A stretch of DNA of 64,000 nucleotides from NCBI GenBank assembly GCA_965226885.1, contig CBDDEL010000015.1, positions 352,001-416,000 of the forward strand, in the 5' to 3' direction. The DNA comes from Opitutales bacterium (GTDB taxonomy: Bacteria; Verrucomicrobiota; Verrucomicrobiia; Opitutales; UBA2987). A program made the translations under genes and the position numbers. This document shows, in pieces, positions 59,241-64,000 of the stretch; position 1 is the stretch's first letter, and each line of letters opens with the position of its first letter. A model generated the notes under the pieces. It saw only the letters and a program-made list of their open reading frames with translations. It was not told the DNA's origin and did not search any database.

Positions 59241-62042
59241 ATGGCCTTCAACCGTATTATCCTCGCCATCTCCATGGGAGCTTTTATGTGCGAACCCTTG
59301 GCGTCTGCTCCCGAGTTCAGGTCATGGATAGAGGAAACCTTTGAGGATTTCTCGGATGGTCAGTTTGACGGCGCCGGCGCTAACCTTTACGTGTCCGCCA
59401 AGGGCACCGTGCAGCTGATCAACCGGTGGGACCTCAACCAGGACGGCCACATCGACCTCTTTTTTGGCAATACCCATGATTTGAAGTACGTCGTGCCGGC
59501 CTCGATCTATTTCCAGGGACAAGCAAAGCAGATCGCTTTGCCTTCAAAGGGCGGCTACCGAATGGGTTCAGCCGATCTCAATGGCGACGGCTATAGAGAT
59601 CTGGTGCTGGGAAACCGTGACAACAATGTGAGCAAGCGACTCAACTCGTATGTTTACTGGGGATCGGTCAATGGTTATTCTGAGGATCGCCGCACTGAGT
59701 TGTGGAGTGAGGGAATTTCGGGCATTGCCAGCGGTGATCTCAACCGCGACGGTTTTCCCGACCTGGTGTTTGCCAACGAGGTAAGTGATGTCTCTTTTAT
59801 TTATTGGGGAGGGATTGAGGGATTTTCCAACGGGGACCGGACCGATGTCCCTACCCGTGGGGCAAAAGGCGTGGCCATCGCAGATCTCGACCAGGACGGC
59901 GCCCTTGATCTGATCTTCGCCAACGGCAGCGGTGATGCCGGGGGTTCGTTTATTTACATGGGGGGCTCTGAAGGTTTTGCAAATGCCAGTAGCGGTCCGG
60001 TGATTTTGGAAACACGGCGGCCCGTGGGGGTGGCAGTGGGAGACTTGGACCGGGACGGGCACCTCGATCTGGTTTTCGCCAATAGCGAACGCGATAGAGA
60101 CGGGACCGCCCGGACCACTATCTACTGGGGGAGTCGCAACGGCTATTCGGGCGCTCGACGGCTCGCCCTGCCCGCCGACGGAGCCAGCGGCGTGGCGTTG
60201 GCCGATTTGGACGGCAACGGATACCTCGACCTGGTAGTCCCCTGCATTTATACGGGTCTGCGCCATTGGATGGTACGAATGTATCGGGACAGGGGGGCGG
60301 CGGAGGGAGATCCCCCCTCCTTGATTTACTGGGGTGGAAGCGAGGGATATTCGGCGCAGCGCATGACCGCACTGCCCACCTACGCAGCCACCTCCTGCAG
60401 CATTGGAGATTACAATCGCGACGGCAGACTGGATGTGGCCTTTAGCCAGTTACGTAACAAGAGACAATTCGAGGCTGACTCCCTTTTGTTCCTGAACACC
60501 GCCTCCGGTATCAACCTGGAAAATCCACTCCCTTTCAAAACTGTGGGCGCAACCGACGTGGTGATGGATGATTTCAATGGCGACGGAATGCCCGACCTGG
60601 CCTTTGCCAATAAGATCAGCGGAAATGCCGAGAGCACGGTTCCAAGCTACGTCTATTGGGGAAGCCAGGAGGGTTACTCAGCCGATAATCGCCTTTCTCT
60701 GCCTTCATCGAGTGCCAACGAGGGTAAATTCGCAGACTTTAACGATGACGGCTGGACGGACGTTCTGGTCGTCAACATGGATCACGGTGACCACACCCTG
60801 AAAACGGGAGGCAGAATCTTTTTCGGCGATGCGCAAGGTATTTCGCCGGATCGCTTCAGCCGTGTGGATGTGGACTTGCCCTATGGCTCTTCCGTGGCCG
60901 ATCTCAACAAGGACGGTTATCTCGACATCGTCTTTTCAACAACACCCGACGACGAGGCTGAGAATGCCCTCTTCGTTTACTGGGGCGGATCCCGGGGTTA
61001 CTTACGGCAGCGGCGCACGGAGCTTCCCCATCGCGACGGCAGAGCCACCGCTATCGGGGATCTCAATCACGATGGCTACCTCGACGTTGTCGCTGCAAGT
61101 GTAGGAGAAAGCATAGTGAGAATTTTCTGGGGAGGCCGGGATGGATTTTCGGCCACTCGGTTCCGGTCGCTGCCGGGTTTGAGCCCCGTCTCGACGGAGA
61201 TTGCGGACCTCAATGCGGACGGCTATCTGGATCTCGTGCTATGTAACTTCAGGAATCCAAGGACCCACAACCACGGGGTGCAGTCCTATATCTACTGGGG
61301 TGGTCCATCGGGCCCGGGCCCGGAGCGTCGCAGTGAGTTGCCCACCATGGCTGCACACGACGCCACCGTGATTGATCTTAACCGGGACGGACATCTGGAT
61401 GTCATCTTCAGCAATTATCGAAGTAATGATTCACGGATCATTCCCGCCTATGCGTATTGGGGCAGTTCGACTGGCTTTGATCCTCGCCACCGCTCGCTTC
61501 TTCCCGCCAGGGGCGGGGCGGGTATGTTGGCGGCTGACTTGAACGGCGACGGAATCGTTGACTTGGTCTTCGCCAATCACAGCGACAACGAGGGGAACCA
61601 TCAGATTGACTCCATGATCCTGTGGGGAAACCGGCAGGGCCATCAAGGGATGGAAGTCACCTGGTTGCCGGCGCTGGGACCTCATAACATGCTCACAGTG
61701 GACGTCGGAAACCGCCATACCCGAGAATTGAAAGAGGAGTATGTTTCGTCCTTTCACCAGGAGGAACAAGGGTTTTCCACGATCCGTTTATTTTGGGAGG
61801 GAGAGACTCCTCATGGCACCGAGTTGCTCTTTCAGATTCGTTCTGCCGCAAGTCGAGAGGAATTGGACAAGGCCTCCTGGAAAGGTCCTTTGGGTGCGGA
61901 GAGCTTTTTTGAGTCTTCCGGACAGCAGCTTTTGCTTTCAGGGACCCAACACTTCTGGCTGCAATACCGGGTCCTTCTCGAGACACCCGATGGAGGAAAC
62001 AGCCCGTTGCTGCATAAGGTCGAAGTGCAAACGCGACATTAG
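59241..62042 (+). CDS. Secreted 14-blade FG-GAP/VCBS-repeat protein, paralog 4
   Basis: Signal peptide; WIEETFEDFSDG..NLYV; 14 DxN/DxDG loops; C-terminal WEGETP..FQIRS..LQYRVLL. Confidence 0.88.
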   Translation: MAFNRIILAISMGAFMCEPLASAPEFRSWIEETFEDFSDGQFDGAGANLYVSAKGTVQLINRWDLNQDGHIDLFFGNTHDLKYVVPASIYFQGQAKQIALPSKGGYRMGSADLNGDGYRDLVLGNRDNNVSKRLNSYVYWGSVNGYSEDRRTELWSEGISGIASGDLNRDGFPDLVFANEVSDVSFIYWGGIEGFSNGDRTDVPTRGAKGVAIADLDQDGALDLIFANGSGDAGGSFIYMGGSEGFANASSGPVILETRRPVGVAVGDLDRDGHLDLVFANSERDRDGTARTTIYWGSRNGYSGARRLALPADGASGVALADLDGNGYLDLVVPCIYTGLRHWMVRMYRDRGAAEGDPPSLIYWGGSEGYSAQRMTALPTYAATSCSIGDYNRDGRLDVAFSQLRNKRQFEADSLLFLNTASGINLENPLPFKTVGATDVVMDDFNGDGMPDLAFANKISGNAESTVPSYVYWGSQEGYSADNRLSLPSSSANEGKFADFNDDGWTDVLVVNMDHGDHTLKTGGRIFFGDAQGISPDRFSRVDVDLPYGSSVADLNKDGYLDIVFSTTPDDEAENALFVYWGGSRGYLRQRRTELPHRDGRATAIGDLNHDGYLDVVAASVGESIVRIFWGGRDGFSATRFRSLPGLSPVSTEIADLNADGYLDLVLCNFRNPRTHNHGVQSYIYWGGPSGPGPERRSELPTMAAHDATVIDLNRDGHLDVIFSNYRSNDSRIIPAYAYWGSSTGFDPRHRSLLPARGGAGMLAADLNGDGIVDLVFANHSDNEGNHQIDSMILWGNRQGHQGMEVTWLPALGPHNMLTVDVGNRHTRELKEEYVSSFHQEEQGFSTIRLFWEGETPHGTELLFQIRSAASREELDKASWKGPLGAESFFESSGQQLLLSGTQHFWLQYRVLLETPDGGNSPLLHKVEVQTRH

Positions 62043-62096
62043 CGGGGAGCAGAACCCTGTCTACAATCTGCCAAATCAAAAATGTGGGGCAATATT

Positions 62097-64000
62097 ATGG
62101 AAAAAGATATCAAAACAATAATGTCAATCGGGACAGCGTTAGGCTGTTTGCTAACTACGGTTCTCTTGATTAACGCGACCCAGGTTAGCGCGCAGCACGA
62201 GCCTAAGAAGAGAGAGACCTGGGTCCAAAAGGGCTTTGAGGAATTTGCGAGGGGGCAGTTTGAAGACGGCGGGAGCAATCTTTACGTCAACGCCAATGGC
62301 GTCATCGAGATGATTCACCGGCTGGATGTAAACAACGATGGCTACGTCGACCTGGTGCTGGCCAATTCGCACGATTATATCGAACGCGGGCCGACGCACG
62401 TTTATACGCTTCAGGACAAGGGCGCGAGTTGGACCCGGATGCAGATGTCCGCTGACAGCGGTTGGATGAGCCGGATCGTTGATCTTGATAGGGACGGCCA
62501 TTCGGACCTGGTTGTGGCTAACGGCGAGAACGGTGTTACCTCAGAGCTTCCCTCGTTTGTTTACTGGGGCGGCCCCGACGGGCTCGGTGTCGAGCGAACC
62601 GACCTGCCAACGACCGGGGCCTACGATGTGGCTGTCTTAGATATTAACCGCGACGGCATCCTGGATCTGATCTTCCCTACTTCCTGGAACGATCACCATA
62701 ATCCCGGAAAGCCCATGCTCTCCCGGGTCTATCTTGGCGGAGAAGATCGCCGGTTCACCGAGGCCACGGAAGAGTATGCGATCATGGGAATTGCGGCGAT
62801 CTCCATTGCCGCCGCCGATCTCAACCAGGATGGATTTGTCGATCTTGCCCTGGCGAACTATCGAGTTGAGCACGACTACAACACTGAGTCCTACGTTTAC
62901 TGGGGCACGGAGGGTGGATTCGATACATCCGAGCCGGTGCGGCTGCCGACCGCCTACCCTTTGCGGGTGATCGTTGCCGATCTCAATGACGACAAATGGG
63001 AGGATGTCATTTTTTCCGGTGGAAACCGCGTCCAGATCTATTGGAACCGGCAAGGCAAGCTCAACAAAGACGACACCCGGATCATCGAAGCTACCGGATA
63101 TTCTTCCATGTTCAGCACCGGGGCGATCGGTATCGATGTCGCGGACGTCACCGGCGATGGCAAAAACGATCTCCTCATGGCCGCAGCTGAGGGTGTGGAG
63201 ATTCGCTCCGGAACAGATCTTCAGACGGTGCATCTATCGTTGCCGCTGACACACACCGATTGGGTCACGGCGGTCGATCTCGATGGCGATGGGCGAAAGG
63301 ACCTGGTGGTCAGCCGGCATGACGACAACGTGAACTACGATGTTGATTCAGCGGTGTTCTGGAACGACTCAACGGGCTTCTCCATGGATCGAGTGACCTG
63401 GTTTCCGACCGGCGGCGGCGTCGGCAATACGGCCGGCGATCTGAATGGGGATGGCCGACCGGAAGTTGTTTTCAACAACACCATGAGCGGCCATCTGTCC
63501 AAAATCCACAATTACGTCTATCTCGGCAACGAAAAAGCCGAATATGGAATCGAGCGGCGGTTGGAGTTCCCCGTCGACGGCAGCAGCATTGCCCTTGTGG
63601 CCGATGTTGATCTCGACGGCTACCCGGAGTTCATCTTCGACGCTTCGGTCAAGACCGATACAGGATGGACCCCCTTCATTCGAATCCATCCTGGAGGCCC
63701 GGACGGCCCGGCGACGGATCGATTTCAGGACATCCCGGCGAATGATGGCCTCCAGGACCTTCGGCTGGCCGACTTCAATCGCGACGGCTACCTCGATATT
63801 CTAGCCTTTGCGCAAGTGTATGACGCCAAACCGGAAACGCTGGCGAAATCCTCGAGGATTTACTTTGGTTCGGAAGCGGGGTATTCCCTTTCGCGTTCGC
63901 GGGGATTAGAGACTTATGGAAACACGGGCAAACTTGCGGACGTCAACAAGGACGGATTCCTCGACATCTTATGCACCGATAAACGCAATGAGATCCTCAT
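62097..64000 (+). CDS. Secreted FG-GAP/VCBS-repeat protein, paralog 5 (runs off the window; absent from the ORF track)
   Basis: Manual translation: MEKDIKTIMSIGTALGCLLTTVLLINATQVSAQ..WVQKGFEEFARGQFEDGGSNLYVNANG..LDVNNDGYVDLVLANSHD, then further repeats. Confidence 0.88.
   Translation, partial: MEKDIKTIMSIGTALGCLLTTVLLINATQVSAQHEPKKRETWVQKGFEEFARGQFEDGGSNLYVNANGVIEMIHRLDVNNDGYVDLVLANSHDYIERGPTHVYTLQDKGASWTRMQMSADSGWMSRIVDLDRDGHSDLVVANGENGVTSELPSFVYWGGPDGLGVERTDLPTTGAYDVAVLDINRDGILDLIFPTSWNDHHNPGKPMLSRVYLGGEDRRFTEATEEYAIMGIAAISIAAADLNQDGFVDLALANYRVEHDYNTESYVYWGTEGGFDTSEPVRLPTAYPLRVIVADLNDDKWEDVIFSGGNRVQIYWNRQGKLNKDDTRIIEATGYSSMFSTGAIGIDVADVTGDGKNDLLMAAAEGVEIRSGTDLQTVHLSLPLTHTDWVTAVDLDGDGRKDLVVSRHDDNVNYDVDSAVFWNDSTGFSMDRVTWFPTGGGVGNTAGDLNGDGRPEVVFNNTMSGHLSKIHNYVYLGNEKAEYGIERRLEFPVDGSSIALVADVDLDGYPEFIFDASVKTDTGWTPFIRIHPGGPDGPATDRFQDIPANDGLQDLRLADFNRDGYLDILAFAQVYDAKPETLAKSSRIYFGSEAGYSLSRSRGLETYGNTGKLADVNKDGFLDILCTDKRNEIL

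Overview
This 64-kb bacterial window is an accessory, catabolic and surface-protein region. It has no rRNA, tRNA or CRISPR that I can support. The TonB receptor, GntR-LacI regulator and Trp-rich C-terminal domains suggest a marine Verrucomicrobiota/Opitutia-like host (inference). Main content: (i) five paralogs of a ~950-aa secreted protein with 14 FG-GAP/VCBS-type blades, shared terminal domains and four invariant His residues, two of them flanking a sodium:solute symporter gene; (ii) many sugar-acid, amine and sulfate-ester catabolic enzymes, including a minus-strand run from a TonB receptor to a copper amine oxidase and arylsulfatase; (iii) NHL and integrin-type FG-GAP surface proteins that share a C-terminal module with 99 bp of perfect identity; (iv) intact IS1380 and IS630 elements, each interrupting a gene, plus an IS1380 relic. 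Across the window there are at least 20 perfect 10-41 bp tandem duplications, mostly without junction microhomology. Four of these, plus one 5-bp duplication, frameshift five genes. A candidate small RNA and a REPIN/MITE-like hairpin are also present. All calls are by eye from motifs; no database search was run.
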